Positions 12,600 through 27,201 of a stretch of DNA of 64,000 bases are shown piece after piece. The notes beneath the pieces were generated by a model that worked only from the letters and a program-made list of their open reading frames with translations, searched no databases and was not told the origin of the DNA. The stretch comes from Octopus vulgaris (taxonomy: Eukaryota), in NCBI GenBank assembly GCA_951406725.2, contig OX597819.1, positions 22,940,001 through 23,004,000 of the forward strand. Reading direction: 5' to 3'. Numbering within the stretch: position 1 is the first letter of the stretch; each line of letters starts with the position of its first letter. The translations under genes were made by a program, and so were the position numbers.

Positions 12600-14720
12600 C
12601 ATTCCAAATAACATTGCTCTCTTTTGTCCCCTCAAAACTTAACATCAGCCAAAATGTGACTATCCATGTTCCTATTGGGTCATTCCACCACTATTTCATT
12701 TTAACTGTCCAACACAATATTATCACATTACCCTCAGAATCCATGGCACTCAAAGTCAGCCAATGGATAGGATCTTCGCCATTTCTATGCCAACTATACC
12801 TCGTAGAACGTGATTTACTCCTGACCCATCAAACTCTATTATTATTTGCGTAATCTAAGATATCCATTCAGCCATGTAACCTCACATTCGCGACACAAAA
12901 TCCAAATTAGCGAAGTCTCGCAAACGGTTTAATCGTAGATGTGTTGCAGTTGTTCGGAGGAAAGACAAGGCTTACAATGTCAAAGAAAGCTAACTCTCTT
13001 CCAAAAACTGTGATAGCCATCAGTAGCGCTACTCGATAAGACTATTAACCAATGTGGAACTGAGAAGTTTTCACTACACATGGCACTTAACGTTTGTTGC
13101 CTCCCCAACTGTATCCAGTCTTTCTGTTCCCTCAGCAAATTAATACCCACCAACATGTCAGAATCCTTTCTGCCCAGCCTTCTAAACAATTATGTGGATT
13201 TCAGCGGTTCTTCACTGGAGAAAACATCTACTTTTGCTCTGCTTGTTTTGCATCCAACTTCATTCTAAGCATCCTTAACCATTGCTCTCCATATCAACAC
13301 CTTTCCACATCATCAAGCATCTCACCTCAAATCCAAACACACCAAGTGAGGAATTACCTTCGCGTTGCTTCAGACCACTAAAGCCGGTTGTCTAGATGAG
13401 CTACAGCAATCCTTCTAATGCACTCAAACACCACAACCCACGCAACATACCGCTATGCGCATTAAATATTTATATCCTCTCTCTCTTTGTCTGTGTCTCT
13501 CTCTTTCTCTCTCTCCCTCTCTTTCTCACTACTAGAGCATATATATCTTCACATTTGGGAGCATGTTTTAGTGTATCTCATCCGAAAGAATGGCAACCTA
13601 ATTAAATCGACCAACAGTAGTACTATCGCACTTACCCTTAACCATCTCTAACAAGGACATTCACCGCCATCTCCCATCTATGTCGCCCCTCAGTGAACAA
13701 CCAATGGGGATTCCGCAGAGCTGGATCCACTGGACAATCACATTCTTATGTCACTTGCCAGTGTGTTTTCCCTTTAGCACAGGAATGTTGTCCCTGTAGA
13801 TATCTATGCTTTTGACGATGTCTGAGACTTGAAATTCCTTTCAAACCTGTCCACCTACAGGCTGGACCCACCTCTCTCAACTCTTGGATCTGTAGCTGTC
13901 TCTCAGATTACGTCATCACTACTCGCTTCAATTTCACTGAACTATGGTGACACCCACGTGTCAGTTTTGTTCTGCCCTCTTTTTCTTCTATACAGTAATG
14001 ACCTACTTGCCACCACATTCAATATTACCCATCATTTTTATGCAAATAATACGAACCTTCAGTACCTCATAACCTTACCCAACCATACACAACCAATAAA
14101 CCACGCGTCGAACCTGATTTGATTCCATGAAGGGTGACCTTGAGAGTATATTTCAGTGGATCTATTCCAAATCGTTTATCTTTTAACGGCTAAACTCTGG
14201 AATATTACACAATTGAGGGAAACACCATCGCATTCCGCATTAAGTATGAGTGGTACTTAAAAAAACCTTACGTTAGCCCCAAAGTTCAACATTTGCTGAC
14301 TCTACAAGGATGAAAAGAGGCCCGCATTGAGACACTAGTACCATATCTAGGACAGTAATCCAGCAATGCATACAAGTATTTTGTACAGTAATCAGAGAAA
14401 GGGTTTTCGATTGGATGACATTCATTTACAACCGGACACAGTCCATTCTCTGATGCTCAAGAATGTTGTTTCCTCTCTGTCATTACCATCGCTCTTTTAA
14501 TGGTTTCTCTTCCTCGGAACTGCATGGTATCGAGCTACTTCAGACTCCTACAGTACCAACTTCACTCCATTTCTCATGGCCCTTGTTGTGTCCACCACTG
14601 ACTCCACCCCTCATTCACCAGTATACCCAATCTAGAAAAATTCGCCCGCTCATGCATGTCTTATAGTCACTCACCTCCTACCACTTCAACGAGAACTTAC
14701 ATCGGCCCCACAAGTCTGGA
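12600..14720 (+). mobile_element. Highly decayed CR1/L2/Jockey-group LINE (RT domain)
   Basis: Degraded RT motifs in the correct order: PKNGNL..STIALTLTISNK, QWGFRRAGSTG, VDI.AFDDV, NYGDTHVSVLFCPLFLLYSNDLL (GVPQGSVL-like), FYANNTNL (YADD-like). Confidence 0.7.
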
Positions 14721-15314
14721 AGGCCTCCCAAAAGGTATGGCAGATGTTCTTTCTTCGGGTTCCAGGAAGTAAAAGATATTACCCACTTATTTGTTTATTT
14801 ATTCATATTTAAATTTTCCATGTATTTTTTTTCTTTTGGCAAAAACTCAGAACCTAAGAGAAGCTTCAGTGGCGTTTAAATAAAACATTTTGCAAGTTGT
14901 AAGCAAATTTTGAACAATAAATACACATATGCAGGCAATATTCCCTCCAGCCGGGCAAGTAATGGTCAACTACACGCTGAAAATAACTGACCTGGTTGCT
15001 AGGGCTACTAATTTGGTCTCCTTTGCAACCGATGTGACTTGACTGCGATGAAGATAAGAGATGTAAATTCTTTCTCGATTTTATTCATTTCTGAGATCGA
15101 TTGATAAATGCAATTTTTGCTTTAGAGAAAAATGATTCTACAACTTTATCACGGTATGAATATTTATACATTTTATATCATTTATAAAATGATATCAAAT
15201 GTATAAATATTCATACTGGGAACCTCCTAAGATTCAGCCATGTCTGTTTCAAATAACGAGTTCACATCAGAGATGAGCTGAGGGATTTCATGTATAGTAG
15301 TGTTTCTAATATTA

Positions 15315-15521
15315 GTTTCAAAGTTTGGCTCAAGGCCATCAACATTAGAGAATGGTTAAGTCGATTACATCGACCCAAGTGCTCAAGTGATTTTATCGAC
15401 TTAGAAAGTAGGAACAGCAAAGCCGGGATCGGAGGAGTTTGAATTTAGTTCGCAAAGATGGGGCTAAATGCCGCTAAGTATTTCACTCAGAGTGCTAACA
15501 ATTCTGTCAGTTCACCGCCTT
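15315..15521 (-). mobile_element. SINE family B, diverged
   Basis: aagtcgattacatcgaccc..gtgctaacaattctgtcagttcaccgcct. Confidence 0.7.
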
Positions 15522-15733
15522 AAACAGTGGTTTTGATATCAACAAAGGGTTAAGCATGAAGCTAGGAAAATGTTTTAATATCGTAAGGTTAAGCATTTCC
15601 TCCTTTTGTGGTTAAGTCTTTTTGAAATATATTTAGACACTCTCCAGATGGCGCACCTAATCGGTTTTGGTGCAGGAAAGGTGATTCACGTTTGCGAGAC
15701 TATATATATATATCACTGTTTATTTCTGTGTTC

Positions 15734-15769
15734 CTTTCTGTTGAAGAGCGTAGGCTCGAAACGTAAAAG
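15734..15769 (+). ncRNA. Minimal hammerhead-like motif with CUGUUGA variant core
   Basis: cttt CTGTTGA A GAGCgtagGCTC GAAA CG TA aaag; related copies at 1175-1212 and 21651-21685. Confidence 0.55.
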
Positions 15770-15930
15770 ACTTTCTCACTTCCCGAGCGAGCGTTAAACT
15801 AATACATCTGTTTGTTATTTACACACCCGTCTTCGTCTTTTGTTTTTTGTTTTGTAAATTCTCACTATATTTATGTATGTATATATGTATGTATGTATGT
15901 ATGTATATGTACATGTATATGTTTTGTTGT

Positions 15931-16280
15931 ATTTCGGGAGGGTCATTTTTTCTTTTGCCAAATAAACACACCCACTATATATTCGTCCTTCATTCGTTTA
16001 TTACTATTTTTATTTTAACTCATGTGAATTGTCTGAAAATATTTCGTCATACATCTATGACGTCATCAGCAACACTTTCCGATAAAATAATTGAATAGAC
16101 TAAGCGGAGCAGGAGCACACACGATGATGGAATGTGTCGGTGCAGGGGTCACAAATGTGTAACGAAAGATTTCAGGAGAATGGACATGAATTAAAATAAG
16201 AACAGTAATAAACGAGTGAAGAACGAATATATAGTGCGGATGTTTATTTGGCAGAAAAAAGAAAAATAGCCAACCGAAAA
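15931..16280. repeat. Imperfect inverted repeat, about 150-bp arms
   Basis: gccaaataaaca..cactatatattcgt pairs with acgaatatatagtg..tgtttatttggc. Confidence 0.85.
16033..16072 (-). ncRNA. Hammerhead-like core in the arm of an inverted repeat
   Basis: Minus strand: ttg CTGATGA c GTCATAgatgTATGAC GAAA tatt TT cag; stem I only 3 bp. Confidence 0.4.
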
Positions 16281-16714
16281 TTAAAAAATCAGCTTCAACA
16301 CACGGTTTCACATCAGGAATCTTGCAACATGAAGTCATAAATGTGCGCGCGCGCGTGTGTGTGTGTCTATATATATGAAACCAAATAATGTGCTTCTCCA
16401 CTTTCTTATTTGTAATATAAATTAATGGTAAAATATTTCTTTACCTTCACCCTTTTAATACAATAAGTAAGTTTATTGCATTGCAATTAAAAACACATAT
16501 GTATTAATAATTATGTATTATACCAGCAGTGTATTGGATAAGTATTATCCTTTAGTGGGTTGGATCCACAACCTCTAACTTACTTGATATATATGTATAT
16601 ATATATATACAAAAGTATACACATATATGTGTTTGCCTGTGTGTGTGTGTGTGTGTGTATAATTAAGATTGGTTTCAGCCATACACACACACATATATAT
16701 ATATATATATATCA

Positions 16715-16777
16715 GACTTCGGCTGATGAGCAATCACGCGTCTAGGTGGCGCTAAATTTCGAAACCGGTACCGAGTT
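16715..16777 (+). ncRNA. Type I minimal hammerhead ribozyme
   Basis: Stem I tcgg/ccga (extendable); CTGATGA; G-C closed stem II with inner gcgtc/ggcgc hairpin; GAAA; palindrome ACCGGT; GUA site. A truncated second copy lies at 17161-17206. Confidence 0.8.
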
Positions 16778-17847
16778 GAACAGCATTTGCTTGTTCTGAC
16801 CCATTTGAGGTAAGACATTATTATTGTTTACTGATATTTTTTCCTATCTTGTCTGTAATAGATTTGTGACTTTTCGGTGGTACAGAAGTATTTTTTGACT
16901 TCTCTCATGAGCGATAAAGGTACTCATTTAGTACCCTTATGTATATATGTACATATTTAATATTGTATGTATATATTTTATTAATGTGCCTGTACGGCTG
17001 ATAATTCGCTCACCACTTGTGATGGTATTTTAATAATACCATCCCTATATTTATCTATAAAGGATTTTACGCATTTCGTTTGTTCGTACGGTGCTTGGTC
17101 ACTTCAAACGAACTTTCGCAGGCATGATGGGGGAGAATGTTAGTAGTTATTTATCTGGCGGACTTCGGCTGATGAGTAATCACGCGTCTAGGTGGCGCTA
17201 AATTTCCGCAACTTCCCGCATACACTTTCCGCAACTTTGCGTAGGCATCTGGGCAGGTATCGCCATAACAGCTTTCTCACTCATGGTTAATGCGACGATC
17301 ACACGCTACACACCTTCCTTCCAAGCACTGCTGTAAACAGAGGAAGTGAGCTAGAACGTTAAAACTTAATGCGCATTCACAGCAGAGTCCAAGGTCAATT
17401 TGTGTCCAGCAGCTACACTATTTATGTTGAAGAAGCTGAACATTAAAAGGACAATATTCTGCAATCAACAAACACACATTTGTCCAATCTCAAGCAAAAT
17501 TCGATATCATCATTCCTATAGCATACCTATAATGATTTCAAAGCAAAATTTTTACCTAGGTTCAAATTACATGCAGGCATTCATCGCAAATTGATGCTGC
17601 TTCTTTTACTTTACGTTTTTTTAAAAATCTTTTCCTTTACACATTCATGCTTCGAATCGACGGGAGTGGCCATCATGATAAGCATATTTTCATAAGGAAT
17701 ACTATTATCATAGCACTTCTTCATTCTCCTTTTCGAGATCCACTTTTCTTTATTGTTATTTTCATTTTTTCACTTATTGTCAATTGATTATTGTTGGTCT
17801 TGTTGCTAGTGTTGAAGTGGTTTTATTATTAGCTCTCTTTATATACT

Positions 17848-17978
17848 CTTCCTCGTCGTCGTCGTCGTCTTCTTCGTGTTCTTCTTGTTCTTCTTCTACT
17901 CTTTCTTCTTCTTCTTCTTCTTCTTCTTCTTCTTCTTCTTCTTCTTCTTCTTCTTCTTCTTCTTCTTCTTCTTCTCAC

Positions 17979-18009
<31 letters not shown>

Positions 18010-18198
18010 GTTGTTATTATTATTATTATTATTATTATTCAGTAGTTTTATTTTTATAGCGTGCTTTCACTTCACTACCGAGCCCAGCTCTGTGTGCCTT
18101 GGGTATGTGCTGTGATTTGTTGTGATGCTCTGATGGTTATTGTATGGAAAGTGTTATTGTATGAGTGCAGTGCCTAGTAGTGCGATTTTCTGTATGTT

Positions 18199-18257
<59 letters not shown>

Positions 18258-18271
18258 CATCATTATTATTA

Positions 18272-18344
<73 letters not shown>

Positions 18345-18415
18345 CATCATCATCATTATTATTATTATTATTTTTATTATTATTATTATTATTATCATCA
18401 TCATCATTATTATTA

Positions 18416-18463
<48 letters not shown>

Positions 18464-18483
18464 CATCATCATCATCATCATCA

Positions 18484-18535
<52 letters not shown>

Positions 18536-18561
18536 CATTATTATTATTATTATTATTATCA

Positions 18562-18595
<34 letters not shown>

Positions 18596-18603
18596 CATCA
18601 TCA

Positions 18604-18670
<67 letters not shown>
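17848..18670. repeat. Compound (TTC)n/(TTA)n/(TCA)n microsatellite
   Basis: Direct reading; source of the poly-S/L/Y/I ORFs. Confidence 0.98.
18040..18199 (-). mobile_element. 3' end of an R4/Dong-type LINE embedded in (TAA)n
   Basis: Minus strand NIQKIALLGTA...TLSIQ* plus 3'UTR; (TAA)n on both sides. Confidence 0.75.
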
Positions 18671-18671
<1 letters not shown>

Positions 18672-19005
18672 TTCTTCTTCACTCGTTCTATCTTTATCTA
18701 TTACTACACTATTTCATCTTTTTTTATTCCGATCCTTTTTTTTTTGATTTTTACTTTTTATTTCTTCCTTATATAACCAACACAAAAACTCTCATCAGAT
18801 ACACTGTGTCAGATCTCACTCCCTTGATGCAAATCTGATGAACTATAAAATGCATAGAACTGCAATTATTAAGTAACTTCTCACGTGGAAATCGTGTATG
18901 CAGTACAATTAAAGACAGGGCGGTGCTGAAACAAATGTAACCGGGTATTAAATGTATTAACTTTTTTCTTTGTCTTCTTATTTTGATTATATATACTCAC
19001 ACACA

Positions 19006-19089
<84 letters not shown>

Positions 19090-19456
19090 TATATATCAAT
19101 ATATCCAGAGGTAATGCAGTTTATATGAATATATATGCATGTATGTTTGTGTGCATGCTTGTGTGTCGAGGGTTCGTGCGTATATAAGTGTATATAGAAA
19201 TGGGAAGTGCGTGAGAGAGAGAGATACAAATATCGGATACATCAGGTGATGAATCACCAACATTTGTGGCATAATAAAGAAATAAAGACAAGTTTAATCG
19301 TAATTAGCACCAACAACATAATCTTTATGACAAACATATATTGGATATTCTAAACCCAAATATATCATATATTAGAGGACTCACACACAGACAAACACAC
19401 ACACACATATAAACATATGCACAAATGCATATATACATATACATATACAGAGACGA

Positions 19457-19509
<53 letters not shown>

Positions 19510-19528
19510 TATATATGAATATATATGA

Positions 19529-19566
<38 letters not shown>

Positions 19567-19613
19567 ATGTGGTTATATATATATATGAATATATATGAAT
19601 ATATAAATATATA

Positions 19614-19740
<127 letters not shown>

Positions 19741-20505
19741 CAGTAATGTAGGTAAATGATAATTTAGAATGACTAAATGATTACCAACCTTCAGAAGATT
19801 TTGCTTTTATTGAACTATTGAATATGTTAGAGTTTATGTTTATAAACAACATTAATGGAAGTATTCTTCAAATATTATCCAATTACTTTCGGAAAATTAT
19901 GATATTGCCAACGATAATCATATTAATGAAATCAATTAGGTGATAATCACTGAACTCATAAACTTCATGTAAGAACAATAATTAACTATGCAGTAAAAAT
20001 ATTATAAATAGTTATTGATATTCATCGATGTAGCTTCCCATCTGGAACACGTTATCAGAAAGTCTTTCATTTTAGTTGATAATTATATTTCAAACATGAA
20101 ACTGATGGAGCTGTTAGCATAGTTATAACATAAGATAGAGTTAGTAACAAGTGTTGATATAGATCGTGGGTGAAAAAGTACCGCCTCGCCAAAAAGACAA
20201 AAACATCTAGTATGAAGGAACAATGCTTCTTTTTATTACAATAAAATTATAGACCAGAATACAGCATGTGTATGTGTGTGTATATATATATGTATATATA
20301 TATGACGTTTGTGTGTGTAAATGCTTTTCAATGTATATATGTATGTACCTATGTATGTTATACTTACGATATATTTGTATGTACAGCAAAAGATTTTATG
20401 TTTCATTCTTTACATGATTTCCCCTGCAAAACTGAACGCCATCAGACATAACACATACCGAAAGTCCTTTGGTGGGTAAAATGAGCATATTGACTATTTT
20501 CTTTC

Positions 20506-20550
<45 letters not shown>

Positions 20551-21007
20551 TTGTTTATGCGTGTGCATGCGTGTGCATGCGTGCGCATGAGTGCATGTGT
20601 TTTAAAAGAACTACTTGAAATAATGTTCAAATTATACTACGCACATTACAGTAGCATGGCTATGTATTTCATTATGTGTTCATTAAAATATCGTAGTACA
20701 ATAACATGGCTTACATAGTCAAATCGCTTATAGCAATTGACTCAACCGGAAGATTGCAGGGCTTTGTACTATTTGATATATGTATGTACAACTATGTGTG
20801 TGAGTGTGTGCGTGTACATATACATATATATTAATGAAAAGTAATTTTCGGAGAGGAAATTCATAAAACTTAAAGGCATTGCTACGTACGTTTCCACAAA
20901 CACCATGCTTTAGTTGATGTATTCACCATCCATAAGGGATTCCAAATATGGTTTGCAAGATCCATGGATTTTAACAGGAATATTAATACATATATATATA
21001 TATATAT

Positions 21008-21307
21008 ATCTTAGAGAGTGTAAATATACTTATAAAGTTATAGATGTGAACTCCAGGAACTTGAAGCAAGATTCCAAGCAGACCATTTATGCCTTCCAAC
21101 AATACAAATTCTGACGGCTTTCAGTTGAAAGCTAGGGGTGGTCAACCTTACATTTCTCTTAAGAATTTAAGATTCCTTCCACACTGACTTAGATTTTCTG
21201 TCACCATAGAAATAGACTGACCTTTCTTTTTAGTATCTTGGAATCTTGCTTCAAGTTCCTGGAGCTCACATCTATAACTTTATAAGTATATTTACACTCT
21301 CTAAGAT
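21008..21307. repeat. Near-perfect inverted repeat, 71-bp arms
   Basis: 21008-21078 versus 21237-21307, one mismatch seen. Confidence 0.9.
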
Positions 21308-21328
21308 GTTTGGAAAACCTATATGAAA

Positions 21329-21411
21329 TTAACTGAAGATTACTTAACATTATATTTGCTGTAATATTTGCAGCTTTAATAAATTGTTATAGTATGAAAC
21401 AATTGTACTAA
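21329..21411 (+). ncRNA. Near-complete type I hammerhead motif
   Basis: CTGAAGA; tact/agta and taaca/tgtta stem II; GAAA; palindrome ACAATTGT; GUA; stem I ttaa/ctaa is weak with one mismatch. Confidence 0.6.
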
Positions 21412-21545
21412 ACTACCGATCCATTCTTGTTGCTTATTTTTTGGTTATAATCACCCCACATAATTTCATGGGTAATACCATAAAAAAATTCTGGTGCATC
21501 TAAGTTAAGTACCATATTAATTTGAATCTAAGTTGTTTTGCTGAA

Positions 21546-21599
<54 letters not shown>

Positions 21600-21766
21600 T
21601 GAACCACAAGTGTTTTCTTTTGTTCTCTGTCCGTTTATTTTCTTGTGTCCTTTTCTGTTGAAGACCGTAGGCTCGAAACGTAAAATACTTTCTCACCTTC
21701 CCGATCGTCAAACTAATACACCTGCTTAATCTTTTGTTTTTCTGCAAATTTCAACTATATATGTAT

Positions 21767-21865
<99 letters not shown>

Positions 21866-21902
21866 CGTATATATATATATATATATACATATATATTCAT
21901 TT

Positions 21903-21952
<50 letters not shown>

Positions 21953-22378
21953 CGTATCTGTGTGTGTGGATGTATATTTGTGAACCTCTGTATGCTTGTA
22001 CATTTGAAATTTTAAGTTTTCATGCAATCATTGAATGTAATAAGTAATATTCAGTGAAATACATTTCGTGTGGGGAGCATTCGTATACACTAAATGTTAT
22101 ATCTGTGTTTTCAAAGATTCAATGGAAATGTTTCTTCAGACATTTAGAGAATAAACTTACTAAATTGTAGAGGACAGCAGATAATAATAAAGGTCAGAGT
22201 TCAAACTGTATGCCAAGAAAATTAGGATTTTCTAAACGAATGATGCGAAATAATTCATTTACAAAATAAAACATTAAAAATGAGTAGATTCAAAGAAGTA
22301 TAACAAAAAAAAGGACATAGTTATAGACAATGCATGACAGAAATATTAAACTAGATACAACCACTTCTGTGTTGCCGA

Positions 22379-22439
<61 letters not shown>

Positions 22440-22546
22440 TATATACATATATGTGTTTGTGTGTGTGTGTTTGTAGGTACGTACGTATGTATGTATGTAT
22501 GTATGTATGTATGTATGTATGTGTGTGTGTATACATATACGTATGC

Positions 22547-22577
<31 letters not shown>

Positions 22578-22783
22578 TACCAACGTATGAATGTATGTAA
22601 TGTACGTACGTACGTGAATTTAATATACAGTATTATACAATCATTTCTGCCGATTTTAGCTATCGGCTTCGCACACGTGACTTAAGACATATCGAAATAC
22701 TGGTGGTCATCAGAAGTGTTGGGATGATTATCTTGTCGACGACTGTCTTTGATATGTAAATATACATACATACATATATATAT

Positions 22784-22829
<46 letters not shown>

Positions 22830-22864
22830 GTATACACATACACATGCACATATAAAGATCTCTT

Positions 22865-22929
<65 letters not shown>

Positions 22930-22989
22930 GTAGATATATCTGATATATACAAATATACAGGTAGATAGATATAGGGATATATAGAGAGA

Positions 22990-23032
22990 GATAGGGAGAT
23001 AGATAGGTAGGTAGATATATAGATAGATAGAT

Positions 23033-23115
<83 letters not shown>

Positions 23116-23137
23116 GGATGGATGGGTGGATAGATAA

Positions 23138-23231
<94 letters not shown>
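22990..23231. repeat. (GATA)n microsatellite
   Basis: Direct reading. Confidence 0.98.
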
Positions 23232-23705
23232 GTGTAGATGATGGTGTACGAGTGTGAATCGATCAAAATACGCAATAAAACTATATACACATGACATTAT
23301 TTCAACCTGTTTGGTATGAACTATCAAAAATGTGGACATACTGCAAAAGTGACATCTATATTTTGTTATAAATAGGAAATTTGTGTGTAAACAGCGACCA
23401 TTTCATACTTAGTACAAGATACAACGATAGAACATTTAAGAATAACGTGTGAGTAAATATCTATAATAATAATAATAATTGTAGACCATGCGTGAATGGG
23501 TCGCAAATTGAAGGCAATAGGAAGCATGTAATACACATACACACACATACATATACTCGTATGTAGATATATATATATGTATCTATATGCAATGCATATA
23601 TTAATATATATATATATATATATACATTTATGTATATATATATATGTGTGTGTGTGGGTGTGTGTGTGTGTGTGAGTATATATATATACATATATATATA
23701 CATTC

Positions 23706-23751
<46 letters not shown>

Positions 23752-23913
23752 TGCTTGGGCATTACGAGACTAAAAACCTGGTGTAGAAATCAATATACGT
23801 ATTCTTCAGATCGAAGTGTCAGATGAGTATAGAGCAGAAATGAAAGAAAAAGGGAAAACAAAGGAAAAAGATATATATGCATGCATATATATATATATAT
23901 ATATATATGTATA

Positions 23914-24462
<549 letters not shown>

Positions 24463-24599
24463 TAGCCACTCGTGGTATGTATGTATGTATGTATGTATGT
24501 ATGTATGTATGTATGTATTTATGTATGTATGTAAACATGCATGGTAGCACGTATATTGATGGATGGATATCTGTATGTTTGTATATTTGTCTGTATGTA

Positions 24600-25025
24600 T
24601 AGTTGTACATACTAATGCTTCATTTGATGTCAATATATATGTACAAGAAAACGCACCCCCCTCCCTTCCAATGGACGATGCTGAGTTGTCAAACATTTAA
24701 ACCAAATTTTCTCAAAACAACTTGTCCGGCCGTTCCAATAGGCCTCCCTTTTGAGAATCTAAAATTTGAGACACCGTGCATTTATCTCGCGTACGCGTGG
24801 TATCGCTCGCAACAGCTGAAGTACTTGCGCGCACAAATGCACGTTCCCACGGCTTTATCGATCACATTTTCACCTGGAATCGATTTTTTCAACACTTATA
24901 CACGCCCTGATACCATCGGTATCTATATATCAAATTTGAGCGCAATTGGATGGAGGATGCCCGAGATCCGAAATAACACACACACAGGCAGATATACATA
25001 CAGAATGGATTTTATATAATAAAGA
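24600..25025 (-). mobile_element. Probable non-autonomous Helitron-like element
   Basis: Minus strand starts TCTTTATTATATAAAA, then a ctgtatgt-type microsatellite and catccaatt..ctcaaatttg, as in the 34750 element; 3' end unclear. Confidence 0.5.
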
Positions 25026-25406
25026 ATTATATACCAATTTAGTCTTACTTCTAAAAGAAATATTAAATAATATTGATACGTTTATATATGTGAGCATGAA
25101 TATGTATATATGTGGATACATGTATATATATGTGTGTGTACATATTCAAACATATATGTATGTATGTATGTATGTATGTATATAAATGTATGTATGCATG
25201 TATGTATATAAATGTAATAAGTATAATATGAAATTTAATGTATGTGTGTAAATAAATGCTTACACATTGTATTTCATACTCAGTTTTTCTATGCAAATTC
25301 ATTCAAAGATTCACTTTTCTGGACATTTCGTTTTGTTGGAAATTTTTAATGCTTCATTAATATATGCATAATAATTAATGTATGTTACTGAACTACGTCT
25401 CTGATT

Positions 25407-25470
<64 letters not shown>

Positions 25471-25674
25471 TACACACACGCAAACACTCACAATTACAAG
25501 TCTTCATTCACGTTCACACACACACCTACACACCCACTAACACCCACGCATACATAAGCGAGTCATAATGCATCAAAGCACAATACCATACTACTATGAA
25601 TTTTAAAATACTTTTTACTCAAGTAGAATATGCTCAGGGACATGAGAATATAGATCTTCATATATATATATATA

Positions 25675-25781
<107 letters not shown>

Positions 25782-25855
25782 CATACATATATACATACAT
25801 ATATATATATATATATATACTCATACATATATATATACATACATATATACATACA

Positions 25856-25908
<53 letters not shown>

Positions 25909-26039
25909 TATATATATATATATATATCTATATATATATATATATATATACAGATATTTACATATTATATACATAGATGATGATAATCATAATGCGCGTA
26001 TGTGTGTACGTGTGTGTGTGTGTGTGAATGTGTACTTAA

Positions 26040-26244
26040 TTTTACTCGTTTCAGTCATTTGATTGTGGCCATTTCTGGAGCACCGCCTTTAGTAGAGCAA
26101 ATCGACCCCAGGACTTATTCTTTGTAAGTCTAGTACTTATTCTATCGGGCTCTTTTGCTGAACCGTTAAGTAACGGGGACGTAAGCACACCAGCATCGGT
26201 TGTCAAGCGATGTTGAGGAGACAAACACAGACACACGAATATAT

Positions 26245-26290
<46 letters not shown>

Positions 26291-26453
26291 GACGGGCTTC
26301 TTTCAGTTTCCGTCTACCAAATCCACTGACAATGCTTTGCTCGGCCCGAGGCTATAGTAGAAGACACTTGCCCAAGGTGCCACGCAGTGAGACTGAACCC
26401 GGAACCATGTTGTTCGTAAGCAAGCTACTTACTACACAGCCACCCCTACGCCT
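26040..26453 (-). mobile_element. SINE family A, full length
   Basis: Reverse complement of the family A sequence. Confidence 0.9.
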
Positions 26454-27048
26454 ATACATTGTCTTTGTCTTCGTTATTTCGACAACGAATAGAACGTTGA
26501 ATAAATAAAGATAAACGGATACTATAACCACTGCATCTACCGAGCCTCAAATTTGAACTTTGTGGGCAATTGTTTTTGCAAGCCGCGGGAAGCACTGAGG
26601 CAAATGAGGGACGCAAACGAGAGAAAGTCATGCTCAGGAACCATGAAGAGCCGACGACGAGGATATATAGAGAGACGTGTAAGCCTTGAGAAGAATGGTT
26701 GGATAGTCAGTTGCTCTCTAGTTCTAGCATAATCGACCAACGGAAGAATCGATTGTGTATGCAAAGTGCAAAGTGCAACTGTCGCATTGGGGCGAACCAT
26801 TTGAAACATCTGACAGCTAATTGGTAGTTGATAATACATCTTTAATTATAAAACCCTGCTAGAGTTAAGGAAAGAAAACTGGTCTGTTGACGATGCGTAT
26901 TCACGCAGAAATGCATCTCCACAGCTGATCTGTTCTCTCCTGTTTATTGGACAGCGTTTACATTACTGACATGTCAAATAATCAATTGTGGAAAATAATT
27001 TATTCTTGATATTATCTTGCCGACGACTTCGGAGTTGGAACTTCTTGC

Positions 27049-27088
<40 letters not shown>

Positions 27089-27162
27089 CCTTTCTTTCTC
27101 TTTCTCTCTGTCTCCCTCTTTCGCTCTCTACCAATCTCTCTCTCTCTCTATCTACATCTATC

Positions 27163-27201
<39 letters not shown>

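Noticed and set aside
11200-12600. Possible decayed hAT transposase on the minus strand (GISTDS-like motif) and the 166-aa plus ORF at 12111
   Set aside because: Only one or two weak motif echoes; needs tblastn or an HMM search.
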